DNA from: an uncultured Chloroflexia bacterium
GTDB taxonomy: Bacteria; Chloroflexota; Anaerolineae; CG2-30-64-16
NCBI GenBank assembly: GCA_963810095.1
Contig: CAWEMM010000014.1
Span: 96,001-160,000 of the forward strand
Length of the DNA stretch: 64,000 bases
Direction: 5' to 3'
Shown: piece after piece, positions 1-10,840 of the stretch
Position numbering within the stretch: position 1 is the stretch's first letter
Layout of the letters: each line of letters opens with the position of its first letter
The notes under the pieces: model-generated
Told to the model about the DNA's origin: nothing
The model's database searches: none
What the model saw: the letters and a program-made list of their open reading frames with translations, nothing else
Made by a program: the position numbers and the translations under genes

Positions 1-3000
1 CGAGCTCGGCCTGAAGCGGCTGAATGCCTACGACCCTGCCACCGCCCGTGCGACCATCGCGGCCCTGAAGGCGAAGAAGGGCAGCGGCCCGTCGAAGGCG
101 CAAGCCGCCGCGCCCGCCCAGGTGGCCGATTGGTTCGACGTGCTCGACGTGCACAAGTCGAAGGCGGCGTGGGACCTGGGGTACACGGGCCAAGGCGTCA
201 AGGTCCTCGTCAACGACACGGGAACTGACTTCTCTCATCCCGACCTGCAGGCACGATTGCCCGGATCGAAGATGCTGCCTCGCCTTACAACGGGTGGCCC
301 GAGATGTTCGACTCGTTCTCGATGTTGAACCTCGCCTACGACTACTTCTTCGGCACCGACTACATCAAGTCCGGCGTCGGGCATCTTCGGCAATGCGCCG
401 GACTACGCCGATACCTCCGAGACCCGTTCAGGCGAAGCAGCTGACCGGACAACGGCGACGGCACGGTGCGGTGACCTTTGCACCCATCCACAGCGTCGAC
501 GAGTTCGGCCACACTTACCGCTTCCCCAAGACAAGCAAGAGCGGCGTCTATCACTTCGGTTCGCATCCGGACACGACGCTCGAAGCCTTCTTCGACGAGC
601 GCGTCGCAGTCCTCGTCGTCGACGAGCATGTTGCCGGGCGTCTACGACACGGTCTACGTCGACCTCGACGACGATTACGACTTCACGAACAACAGAAGTC
701 GGTGAAGGGCGACGAGTACGTCTACATGGACCTTAACGAAGACGGTTACGCCGATCTCTCCGGCGGTATCATCTACTGGATCTCGGACGGCGCGAACCCG
801 CTGCCCGCGTCCGACTGGCGCTACGGCATTGGCGCGGACGTCGCCGGACCCGGCGACCTCGTCGCCTTCTCCATCGACGACTACGCGGAGAGCGGCGATC
901 ACGGCACGTTGTGCGCGTCGGGCGTGGCGGGGCAGGGGGTCATCGACGGCGGCGCCCCGCCCTTCAAGCCCGCGGGCGACGGCACGCCCGGCACCGGCAT
1001 CAGCGTTGGGCGGCGGCAAGAACGTCAAGCTGAGCTCCAACGGCGACGGGTACACCACCGCCAACGCGCTGGCGGAAGGCGTGCTGTTCGCGGCGCTGGG
1101 GTACGACGGCCGCCCGAAGACTGCGGACGACATGCAGATCGTCAGCAACAGCTGGGGCAGCTCGGCCACGGTGAACGACGGCTGGGACTACGAATCCCGC
1201 CTGTTTGACTTCATCGAGCGCTTTGTGAACCCCTACCTGGTCGAGGGCAACTCGACGGGCAACGGCGGCGCGGGCTACGGTACGACCAACTCGCCCGGCG
1301 CCAACCTCAGCATCGCAGTCGGCGCATCCACCTTCTACGACTCGGACGGCCAAACCTTCGACAGCATCGTGGGCAAAGACCAGCTGCTGTACAACGACAA
1401 TATGAGCTTCTCGGACCGCGGTCCGACGGCCCAGGGCGAAGTTGGCGTGTCAGTGCTGGCGAACGGCGCCTGGGGTGCGGGCAACATCCCGCTCAACGAG
1501 GCGCTGAGCGCGGGCGTGGACGGCTGGAACGCGTGGGAGAACTGGGGCGGCACGAGCCGCTCGACCCCCGTGGCCATGGGCAACCTGGCGCTCGCCATGC
1601 AGGCGTTCAAGCAGAAGAACGGCCGCTGGCCGACCAACGTGGAGGCGCGCTCCATCCTGATGGCCGGCGCCGACACGGCCTGGAACGACGGCTTTGTCGA
1701 GGGCGCGGGCGTGGTCAACGCGCTGCGCAGCGTGCAGATCGCTGCGGGCATGAGTGGCGTCAGCGTCACGCCCGACAGCCTCACCTTCGGCGACTACCGC
1801 GGGACGAAGTACGAAGCCTTCACCAGCATCATGTTCCCCGGCAAGCGCAAGACCGAGACCTTCACGGTCAGCAACGCGAGCGCGGCGCCGGTGAACCTGA
1901 CCATTTCGGACGATCAGCTCGTGCGCTTCGCAGAGAAGACGATCGACTTCACGACGGTCGATCAGAAGCTCGAGACCGCCAACTTCCGCATGCCCGACTA
2001 CCTCATCGACATCGGCAGCATGATCCCGGCCGGCACGCAGATGATGGAAGCGATCCTCGTCCAGCCGTTCATGGAGTTCGACCCGAACGGCGACTACAAC
2101 GCAAACTCGAGCTGGCGCATCGTGCCGACCGACTGGACCGACGTGAACGGCGACGGCAAGCTCTACGAGGACAAGAACGGCAACGGCGCGATCAACTGCC
2201 CGATCGTCGGCGGAAACCCGAACTGGAGCGCCCCGACGTGCGAAATCCAGGGCGGCGAGTACATGCGCTTCGGCTACGGCTACGACCGCGGCACGACCAT
2301 GCAGCAGCGGGTCAAGCTGCCGCTCGAACGCAAGCACAACAGCATCTTCGTCGGACTGAGCCACCGCTCGAAGTCCGCAACCGTGCCCGTCTCGCACTTG
2401 AAGATCCAGCTGAACTTCTACAAGACCGCAGGACATGCCGTGGCTCACCGCGCCGGCTGCGCTGACCGTGCCCGCCGGCGGTACGGCCACCTTCGATGCC
2501 ACGATGGCCGTGCCGGGCACCGCGAACGTCGGCATGTACGAGGCGACCATCCGCATCAGCGACGGCACCCACATGACCAACGTGCCCGGTGGCGGCAAAC
2601 GTGGCCGCGTTCAGCACCGACTTCCTGCTGGGCGGCCCGCCCGAGACGAAGACGCCCTACGAGAACGGCTCGGTGAGCGGCTACTTCGACTGGACCGGCC
2701 GCGTCCGAGTCGGGCGACTGGCGCTTCTTCTTCATCGACGTGCCCGATTCGACGCCCGCAGGCACCTATCTGCTCGTCGACAACCGCTGGAGCGGCGCGA
2801 AGACGGACATCGACACCATCGTCATGGGCCCGACGAAGGACTGCTTCAGCAACGGCGTCGGCTGCCAGTATCCGATTTCGAGCCGTTTCCCCGGTGCACC
2901 TGCGGTCTACGGGCCTTACAGCCTCTACCCGGTGGGCGGCAGCGAGCGGCTGAACCCGCGGGCAGGCGTCTGGCTCCAACAGACCTCGACCGGCGGGCCG

Positions 3001-4299
3001 CGCGAGATGGTGGCTGCGCCCCTCACGCCGGGGTTGAACCTGGTCGCCATGCACAACAACCTGTACAGCGGCGAGAAATGGGCCGAGACGTTCCAGGCGC
3101 AAGCCGGGACCATCAGCGTCGCGCCGAATCCCGGTCGATCTCTTTGTCGACAGCAAGACCTCTGGCTCGACTCCCGCTGACCGTCAAGTCGTCGCTGCCG
3201 CTGCCCGACTTGCAGGTTGCGGCGTTCGGCCTCGGCGTTCCCGAGGTTCGCATCCTGCCCCAGGTGCAGGATAACCCGGATGATCCAAGTTCGTCGACCT
3301 ACAAGTTCCCGGTCACGGCGAAGGATGCGGCGTATCTGGAAGCTTCGACGGAGGCCGTGGGCGGCGACCTGGACCTGTTCCTGCTCTACGACCGGAACGC
3401 CGATGGCAACTTTGACTTCGCCAACGAAGTGTTGGCCAGCTCGACCACTTCGACCGCGAACGAGCACGTCAAGGTCACCTTCCCGCCCGACGGCAACTAC
3501 CTGGTGGTCGTCCACGGTTTCGGGGCCGATCCGGGCGCAGACTTCAAGCTCGACGATCAACACCGTCCAGGGCGAGGACCTGCAGATCAGCGGGCTGCCC
3601 GCCGGCCCGTATCAGCCGAACACGCCGATCTCGTTCAACGTGGACTGGAAGCTGGCCGCCCCGTTGGCCGAGGGGAGCGAGGCGTTCGGCGTCATCCTGC
3701 TCGGGCCTTCCGGTGCAGAAAGCGCGATCGAAGTGCCGGTGCGCCTGCATAACATCGTCAGCAGTCGCGAGACGATCACCCTGGCGCCACCTGACGACAC
3801 CCGGCTCTTCTCGGGCGCCCCGACCACGAACTACGGCCAGGACGCATTCCTCCATGTTGGCGCCAACGACACCAGCCGGTCAGTTCTGCACTTCGACCTG
3901 GGCGGCATCAACCCGACCTACGGCATCGAGAGCGCCAAGCTGCAGTTGTATGTGGATGCGTTCGGCGGCGGCGGCTCGCCGGCGAACCTGGCCGCGTACG
4001 AACTGACCACCGGCTTTGCCGAGAACAGTGCGACCTGGAACACTCCGTGGGTGAAGAAAGGCGGTGACTTCGCCCCACCTGCGCTCACGGCCCCCATCAG
4101 CATGAGCAGCGTGGGCAAGTGGGTCGAGTTTGACGTGACCCCCTGGGTGCAAGGGTGGTTCGAGGACGCCAGCACCAATCACGGCGTGCTGCTGCAGTTG
4201 GTGAACCAGACCAGCTTCACCTACTACCGCTTCGCCAGCGGTGAGAACTGGGACGCGGGCCATCGCCCGATACTCAGCGTCACGGTGACCAAGCCCTAA
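1..4299 (+). CDS. Large multidomain S8 (subtilisin-like) serine peptidase, 5' end outside window, several frameshifts; C-terminal PPC-like and DNRLRE/CBM96-like domains
   Basis: Catalytic motifs across joined ORFs: VNDTG (~215), DHGTLCAS (~900), NSWG, GNGG, GGTSRSTP (~1555). Later DLDLFLLYD...STANEHVKV (PPC-like) and DTRLFSGAPTTNYG...WVEFDVT...NHGVLL...RPILSVT (DNRLRE-like). Stop at 4299. Confidence 0.85.
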
Positions 4300-4342
4300 A
4301 CCGGTCTGGATCGACCGTGCCTGAAACGTCTGCTTTCAGGCG

Positions 4343-4381
4343 CACAGACCTCCGAGGTGTGCAAGACCTCGGAGGTCTGTG
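4343..4381. repeat. REP-like nested palindrome / possible terminator
   Basis: CACAGACCTCCGAGGT-gtgcaag-ACCTCGGAGGTCTGTG: perfect 16-bp arms, each partly self-complementary, just after the peptidase stop. Confidence 0.75.
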
Positions 4382-4589
4382 ACACAAGTCCGCCTTGCGT
4401 TTCGTCCGGGCCTGTCTATCTGTCAATCGCCTTCGTTGTGGTATACTTGCTCCGCTGCGATTGAATGTCGATGCTGGGCTGCGCGAGATTCCTCCCACCC
4501 CTTGCGAAGCTGTGATCCTGGCGTGTCGTAGCGGTCGAGGGCCTGCTGTCCCCTGGAACCCTCTATTTCCCGTTCGAGGTCGAGCCTAC

Positions 4590-7500
4590 ATGACTCATGC
4601 GTTTAGCCGGCCGCGTCCGGCGACTACCCTCCTGCTGGTGTTGCTGGTTCTGGGCCTCTGCGCGGCGCCCGCAGATGCGGCGCCGGCGCGCAGGCGAGTC
4701 CGGCGCGTCCCAGGCCTCCGGCTCGGGTAAGGTCATCGTTGCATTTGCCAACTCGGAGCAGAGCGAGGCGCAAGTGGCGGCAGAACTCGCGAGCCGGGGC
4801 CTGACGCTGGACAAGTGGCTGCCCGAGCTGGGGTTGGCGCGGGCGACGGTGCAACCGGGCAGTGGGGGTGCGGCCGCGGCTGCCAGCGCGCTGAGCGCAG
4901 ACCCCGCAGTTGACTTTGTGACCGACGACCGGATGTCGGCCCGGGTGGCAGACGTACCTGAGGATGAGTATTGGGGCGAGCAGTGGGGGCCCGCGAAGGT
5001 CGGGCTGGCGAATGCGCGCGAGGTCGCGCGGCGGCGATCCGTCGGTCTCGATCGCCGTGGTCGACACCGGCGTGAATTACTGGCACTGGGACCTGCGGGA
5101 CCAGGTCTGGATCAACCCCGGCGAGAGCGAGATCGATCCCGCGACCGGCAAGCGCACGTGCAGCAGCGGCATCGCGACCAACGGGCAGGACGACGACAAC
5201 AACGGCTTCACGGACGACTGCCGCGGTTATGACTTCGATGCGGGCGACAACGACCCGATCGACGTTCACGGCCACGGGACCGCCGTCGCGGGCATTGCGG
5301 GCGCGGCGACGAACAATCCCGGTCATTACACGGACGGCAAGCTCGAGGGTGTGGCCGGCATGGGCGGGGCGGCCCAGATCATGGTCGTGCGCACGCTGAA
5401 CAACAACGGGGCCGGCTACCCCTACAACATCGCCGATGCGATCACCTACGCAGCCAACGAGGGCGCCGGGGTGATCAATCTCAGCCTCACCCTGGACGTA
5501 AACTACAACCAGGCCGACGCCGACATGCTCTGCCGCGCCACGGACTACGCTCAGAGCAAGGGCAGTGTCGTGGTGGCGGCCAGCGGTAATCATTCGGCGG
5601 GTGGCATCCAGCCCGTCAGCTATCCCGCCGCCTGCCCCGGCGTGCTGGCAGTCGGCGCGAGCTCACAAGGCGACACCCGGTCCTGGTTCTCCGACGCAGG
5701 GAGCCGTCTCGACCTTGTGGCGCCCGGCGAAGGCATCTTTTCCGTCCTCCGTACGAGCAATACCGCTTACGGTCGCTTCAACGGGTCGGGCAACGGCACT
5801 TCGTTTGCATCGCCCCATGTCGCGGGCGCGGCCGCGCTCATACGGGCGCTCCGGCCTGATCTCGGACCCGCGGCCGTGCGCGATCTGCTCCGCAACACGA
5901 CTGATGACGTCGGCGAGCCCGGCTTCGACCTCGCAACGGGCTCGGGACGCCTCAACGTCGGGCGGGCCGTTTCCAGCGCGCTCGACGGGCTGGCGCTGAA
6001 AGTGACGGCGGCTCCCCCCGGTGCGGCGGTTGGCAGCAGCACCACGCTGCGGATCGAGGTGCAGGGACCGGGCGGCGCGCCGGCCGGCTTCGGCGCCCAC
6101 ATCAACCTGGCCGGGGTGCTGGGCAGCGTTTCGCCGGCCGCAGTCACAGCAGACGACAAGGGGGTCGCGACCGCGACCTTCACGGCCGGGGCTGTCACGG
6201 GCCTTGGCAGCGCGACGGCCGCGCTGGGCTCGCTGAGCGCAGCCATTCCGATCACCGTTTCGACCGGCGTGCCGGCTTCGATCCGCCTGGTTTCTGATCC
6301 GCCGGTCCTGCCTACCAACGGCCGGTCCACGCTGAGCGCCGACCGTGCTGGATGATGGGGGGAACCCGGTGGCCGGCCCGCTGGACGTAACCTTCAGCGC
6401 AACCCTCGGCACGGTGGAACCCGCAAGCGCACGCACGACGGGCGGCGTTGCCACGAGCGCCTTCACTGCGGGTGCGATCTCGGGGCTCGCGGCAGATCGG
6501 GGCCGCGGCAGGGGGGCTCTCAGGCGCGCTGCAAGTCCCCATCCTCGGCGCGGGCGATCCGTTCACCGTCACCCTTGGCACGACGCCGGCGGGCGCATCG
6601 GCCGGCGGGCCCGACGTGGACGTGTCTGCGGCGGTTGTCGACGGCTCGGGTGCATCGGTGCCAGACGGGACGGTCGTGTCCTTTGCCACGGACCTCGGCG
6701 TGCTCTCCACTGCGTCGGCCGCCACCAAAGGGGGCAAGGCGGCGGCCAGACTCAGTCCGGGAACCGTCGCCGGACCGGCGCACGTGACGGCCAGGGCGGG
6801 ACTCGTCCAAGGAGCCGCGACGATCATCGTCGCCCCGGGGCCCATTGCAACCGTCTCCGTGGGCGCGCAGCCCAAGGAACTGGTCGCCGAATACGGTCAG
6901 CTCGCCACGATCAGCGCAACGGGCAAGGACCAGTACGGGAACATGGCGGCGGATGGGTTGGTGATCCACTTCAACACGACACTCGGCGAGCTGATCGCCT
7001 CAACGGCCCCCACCCAGAACGGGCGGGGCCAGGTGCAGTTGTTCGGCGGATTGGTTGCGGGGGTCGCTCAGGTGACGGCAACCGCGCCGGGGGGCGCACA
7101 TGGCTCGACGACCGTGACCGTGAAGCCGGGAGCGGCGGCGCAGCTCACGTTCGCCGCCCAGCCCCTCGACCTGACGGCAGGGGGCGGCGCGGGCAGGCTG
7201 CGGGCGACGGTGAAGGATGCCCACGATAACCTGGTGGCGAGTGGCATCCCGGTCACTTTCACGACGGATCTCGGCCAACTGCAGCCGGCAGGAGGGGGCA
7301 CTGGCGCGGGCAGCCGCCTGGTGGTGCTGACGAACGGGGGGGTCGCGGAGGCGGACCTCGCGCCGGGGCCCACGGCGGGAGTTGCACACGTGACTGCCTC
7401 GGACATCGCCCCAGTTGCAGAAGTCGGTGCAACTAACCGTCCGGCCGGGCGGCGCGGCCCAGGTTGTGCTCAGCGCACAGCCTGCCCTCGTCCGGCCAGG

Positions 7501-7762
7501 GGGCAGGGTGGACATTGCCGCGCATATCAGCGACCAGTACGGCAACCCGGTCGCTAACGGGGTCAACGTTACCTTTGGGGTCAGTCGGGGCCAGTTGTAC
7601 CAGTCGCTCGTGCCCACCGCCGGCGGCGTCGCGTATACCTGGTTCACGGCGCCTCCCGGCCCCGGCCCCGTTCAGATCTATGGGATCGCGGATGGCATCT
7701 CGGGCGCACCGGTGGCTGTGCAGGTCGCTCGTCCGGTCTACCTGCCTCTGATCGACCGGTAG
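4590..7762 (+). CDS. Secreted S8 peptidase with multiple invasin/Big_1 Ig-like domains (frameshifted)
   Basis: Signal peptide MTHAFSRPRPATTLLLVLLVLGLCAAPADA; triad motifs VVDTGV, HGHGTAVAG, NGTSFASPHVAG; repeated D.YGN.V..G..V.F.T.LG Ig-like units; ends RPVYLPLIDR. Confidence 0.85.
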
Positions 7763-7850
7763 GGAAGCCGTGCTGCAAGGGCGATTCGTTAGGCGCATGG
7801 GAAGCTGTCAGTTTTTGATGTAACAGCAAGGGACAGATCTCCCGTAGATA

Positions 7851-7955
7851 TGGCATACATATCATAAAAGTATACACATTTGAGCGCGCCGGCCGGGAAG
7901 CGCGGGAGCGACCTGTGTTCTTCTGGATGTGTATATTTTTATGATATGTATACCA
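7851..7955. repeat. AT-rich 29-bp inverted repeat around a 47-bp GC-rich spacer
   Basis: TGGCATACATATCATAAAAGTATACACAT (7851-7879) versus ATGTGTATATTTTTATGATATGTATACCA (7927-7955), 2 mismatches. Confidence 0.85.
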
Positions 7956-8045
7956 CACCTGGGGGCTACGCCGGGTATGCAGAGGCATCTAAAAGTGGCA
8001 AAACGCATGTCGCCCTACATGCGCAAGCTCATTTTGCGATTGGTT

Positions 8046-8183
8046 TAGACCCTCATCCCGCGCTGCCCGACAACGCGGGATGAAACAGGACACTGATTGA
8101 ACGGATTCGACTGATTGTGACGATCTCTTACCGAAGGCAGACAGTGCAGATCTGTTCAATCAGTCGTGTCAGGTCCCATTCCA
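8046..8183. repeat. Composite palindromic repeat, copy 1 (module A then module B)
   Basis: A=TAGACCCTCATCCCGCGCTGCCCGACAACGCGGGATGAAA; B=TGAAACAGGACACTGATTGAAC...GTTCAATCAGTCGTGTCAGGTCCCATTCCA; both modules recur at 12627-12761. Confidence 0.8.
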
Positions 8184-8190
8184 AATCAGT

Positions 8191-8472
8191 TTAGTACCCT
8201 CGCAGGACCCTCACGAGTGCGGTCTGCACCACTTGAATCAGGATCAGGGCGATGATCGGCGAGATGTCCAGGCCGCCCATGCTCGGGATGATCCGGCGGA
8301 TGGGGTTCAGCACGACCCCCGCGATGTTGTGGACCACGGCGAGCACCCGGTAGACCACGTCGGGCAGTTTGGCGTTGGCCATCATCACCCAGCTCGCAAT
8401 GACGTCGATCAGGATCACGATGCTGAAGAATTGGAAAATGTAATTGATGACGACGAGAAGTGCGTAGGTCAT
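8191..8472 (-). CDS. yggT: YggT/YlmG family membrane protein
   Basis: MTYALLVV...VLNPIRRIIPSMGGLDISPIIALILI is the typical YggT motif; ATG overlaps the proC stop. Confidence 0.9.
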   Translation of the reverse strand: MTYALLVVINYIFQFFSIVILIDVIASWVMMANAKLPDVVYRVLAVVHNIAGVVLNPIRRIIPSMGGLDISPIIALILIQVVQTALVRVLRGY

Positions 8473-9293
8473 TCGTCTGCAAGCTCCCCAAGTGTGACCG
8501 AGCGCTGATATGCGGCCCACACGCCCTTCGACACCACGGTGCGCAGGCCGCCTTTTTCGAATTGATACAGAGCTTCCGCGGTGGTCCCGCCCGGCGACGT
8601 GACGCGGTTGCGCAGCTCGACCGGGTGCACGCCCGTCTCGCGGGCAATGGCGATCGAGCCTTCCATGGTCTGATACACGAGCTCCTGGGCCACCCGGCGA
8701 GAGAAGCCCAGGTGGACGCCCGCGTCGATCAGCGCTTCCATGAAGAGGAAGACGTAGGCGGGGCCCGTGCCGCTCAGGGCGGTGGCCCGGTCAAGGTCGC
8801 CCTCGTCGCGCACGAACAGCTCCTTGCCCAGCGCACCCAGCACCGTCTGGGCCTGGCGTTGACCGAGCTCGTCGACCTCCGGCGTGGCGGTCCAGACGGT
8901 CATCCCCTTGCCCACCTGGCCCGGCGTGTTCGGCATGGCCCGGACGATCTTCCGCACGCCCAGCCCCTTCTCGAGCACCCGAATCGGGCTGCCGGCCACG
9001 ATGCTGATCACCAGGTCGTCGGGCGACATGGCCTCGCGAATCTCGGGCAGCACCTTCTTGACCGTCTGCGGCTTGACGCTCAGCACGACGATCTTGCCGG
9101 CCCGAGCCGCCTGGCAGTTGTCGGTCAGCCCGCGCACGCCGTAGCGGCCGTGCAGCTCCTGGGCGCGTTCTGGCCGCGGCCCGCTCGCCAAAATGGCGTC
9201 TGGCTCGATCAGTTTCTGGCTCAGGATGCCCCGGATCATGGCCTCTGCCATGGCGCCGGAGCCGATAAAGGATAAAGTGGTGTTTCGCAGCAT
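8469..9293 (-). CDS. proC: Pyrroline-5-carboxylate reductase
   Basis: FIGSGAMA, VLSVKPQ, RAMPNTP, ALSGTGPAY, VTSPGGTT motifs. Confidence 0.95.
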   Translation of the reverse strand: MLRNTTLSFIGSGAMAEAMIRGILSQKLIEPDAILASGPRPERAQELHGRYGVRGLTDNCQAARAGKIVVLSVKPQTVKKVLPEIREAMSPDDLVISIVAGSPIRVLEKGLGVRKIVRAMPNTPGQVGKGMTVWTATPEVDELGQRQAQTVLGALGKELFVRDEGDLDRATALSGTGPAYVFLFMEALIDAGVHLGFSRRVAQELVYQTMEGSIAIARETGVHPVELRNRVTSPGGTTAEALYQFEKGGLRTVVSKGVWAAYQRSVTLGELADE

Positions 9294-9318
9294 AAGTCCT
9301 GTCTTTCGCAGGCCGCCC

Positions 9319-10029
9319 CTACGGGCTAAAGATGGCCCGCCCGATGCGCACGAGCGTTGCGCCTTCCTCGATCGCGACCTCGAAATCGTCCGTCATACCC
9401 ATTGATAGATGCGTCCAGGGCAGGGCAGGGTACAACCCGGCCAGCTCATCCCGCAAGCGGCGCAACGCCCGGAAGACGGGTCGGGCCTGCTCGGCCCGCT
9501 CGACAATGGGCGCCATCGTCATCAGACCCTCGATGCGCACGCCCGGCAGGGAGGCAATGGCCTCAACGGCCGCCCGGACGTCCGCGGGTCGGAAGCCCGC
9601 TTTGCTTTCCTCGCCCGAGACGTTCACCTCCAGGAGAATGGGCAATGTGTGGCCCCCGGGGACCAAGCGGCTGAGCCGGCCGGCGAGCTTCACGCCGTCG
9701 ACCGAGTGGACCATCGCAGACCAGGGAAACACGTCGTCTGCCTTGCGGCTTTGCAGGTGCCCGATCATGTGCCACTCCGGCGCCGGCCCACCCGCCGGGG
9801 TCTCCCGGATCAGCCGCTGCACGGCCTCAGCCTTCGGCCCCGCTTCCTCGACCCGGTTCTCGCCAAAGACGCGCAAGCCCGCCTGATACGCCGCGGCCAC
9901 CGTTTCCGCCGGCTGTGTCTTGCTGACCGCGACGAGGGTCACCTGGCCCGACCGCCCTGCGCGTCGCTCTGCCTCAGCGATCCGCTCTCGGACGCGTTCG
10001 ATGTTGCCCGTTAGTGTCTGTTCGTCCAT
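9319..10029 (-). CDS. yggS: PLP homeostasis protein, YggS family
   Basis: [53 protein letters not shown]. Confidence 0.95.
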   Translation of the reverse strand: MDEQTLTGNIERVRERIAEAERRAGRSGQVTLVAVSKTQPAETVAAAYQAGLRVFGENRVEEAGPKAEAVQRLIRETPAGGPAPEWHMIGHLQSRKADDVFPWSAMVHSVDGVKLAGRLSRLVPGGHTLPILLEVNVSGEESKAGFRPADVRAAVEAIASLPGVRIEGLMTMAPIVERAEQARPVFRALRRLRDELAGLYPALPWTHLSMGMTDDFEVAIEEGATLVRIGRAIFSP

Positions 10030-10044
10030 TTTACGTTTGCCGCA

Positions 10045-10830
10045 TCACCCGCGAAGCATCATCAAGGCGCCGAAATGACCGGTGCGGCCCCGACCGCCAC
10101 GGTAGGAGAAGAACTCATCCATGTGGCACGCCGTGCAGATTTCGGCGACTTCGATTTGTCGCACACCGGCATCTCGCAGCCAATGACGGTTGGCAGACCA
10201 AAGGTCGAAGTGGCGCCTGCCGTTTCCGTTGTGCGGGAGCAGCCGGTCGCCTTCGGGGAAGCCCAGCCGGACTGCGGCCACGACCTCGTCGCCGATCTCG
10301 TAGCAGCAGGGACCGATGCTCGGCCCGATCCCGGCCACCAGGTCGGCCGGCCGGCTGCCGAATGCCTCGCCCATCGCCGCAATGGCCGCCGGCACTGCTC
10401 CGGCCACGGTCCCCCGCCACCCACTGTGGATGACGCCGTACGCCGCGTGCGGCGGGTCGTACAGCAGGATGGGGGTGCAGTCCGCGTAACGGAGCAGGAT
10501 GGGCACCCCCGGCTCGCCGGTCAGCAGCGTGTCTGTGTTCAGGAGCACCTGGCCGCGCTGCGCCAGTCCGACTTGCGCCGCGTTGGTGGTGTGGCGCTGG
10601 TTGGGGCTCACCAGGTCGGCGCGCGCGACGCCAAACGCGGCCGCGGTCCGGCTCAGGTTCTGCTCGACCAGCGCAGGGTCGTCGCCGTTGCCCTTCGTGA
10701 GGTTGAGGCTGGCCCACGGACCTGTGCTCACGCCCCCGTGGCGGGCGGTAATGCCGTGGACCACCTCGCCGTAACTGTCAAGCACCTCGAATGTGTAGTA
10801 AACGATGCCCAGGTGTTCTTGCCTGTTCAT
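10045..10830 (-). CDS. pgeF: PgeF/YfiH/YlmD family (peptidoglycan editing factor / purine nucleoside phosphorylase-like)
   Basis: RHGGVS, YADCTPILL, HSGWRG, IGPSIGPCCYE, CTACH...FFSYR. Confidence 0.92.
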   Translation of the reverse strand: MNRQEHLGIVYYTFEVLDSYGEVVHGITARHGGVSTGPWASLNLTKGNGDDPALVEQNLSRTAAAFGVARADLVSPNQRHTTNAAQVGLAQRGQVLLNTDTLLTGEPGVPILLRYADCTPILLYDPPHAAYGVIHSGWRGTVAGAVPAAIAAMGEAFGSRPADLVAGIGPSIGPCCYEIGDEVVAAVRLGFPEGDRLLPHNGNGRRHFDLWSANRHWLRDAGVRQIEVAEICTACHMDEFFSYRGGRGRTGHFGALMMLRG

Positions 10831-10840
10831 GCAAATCCGA

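Noticed and set aside
7851-7955. dif site or oriC
   Set aside because: No match to the XerD arm (TTATGTTAAAT-like) with a 6-bp core, it occurs as two inverted copies, and there are no DnaA boxes.
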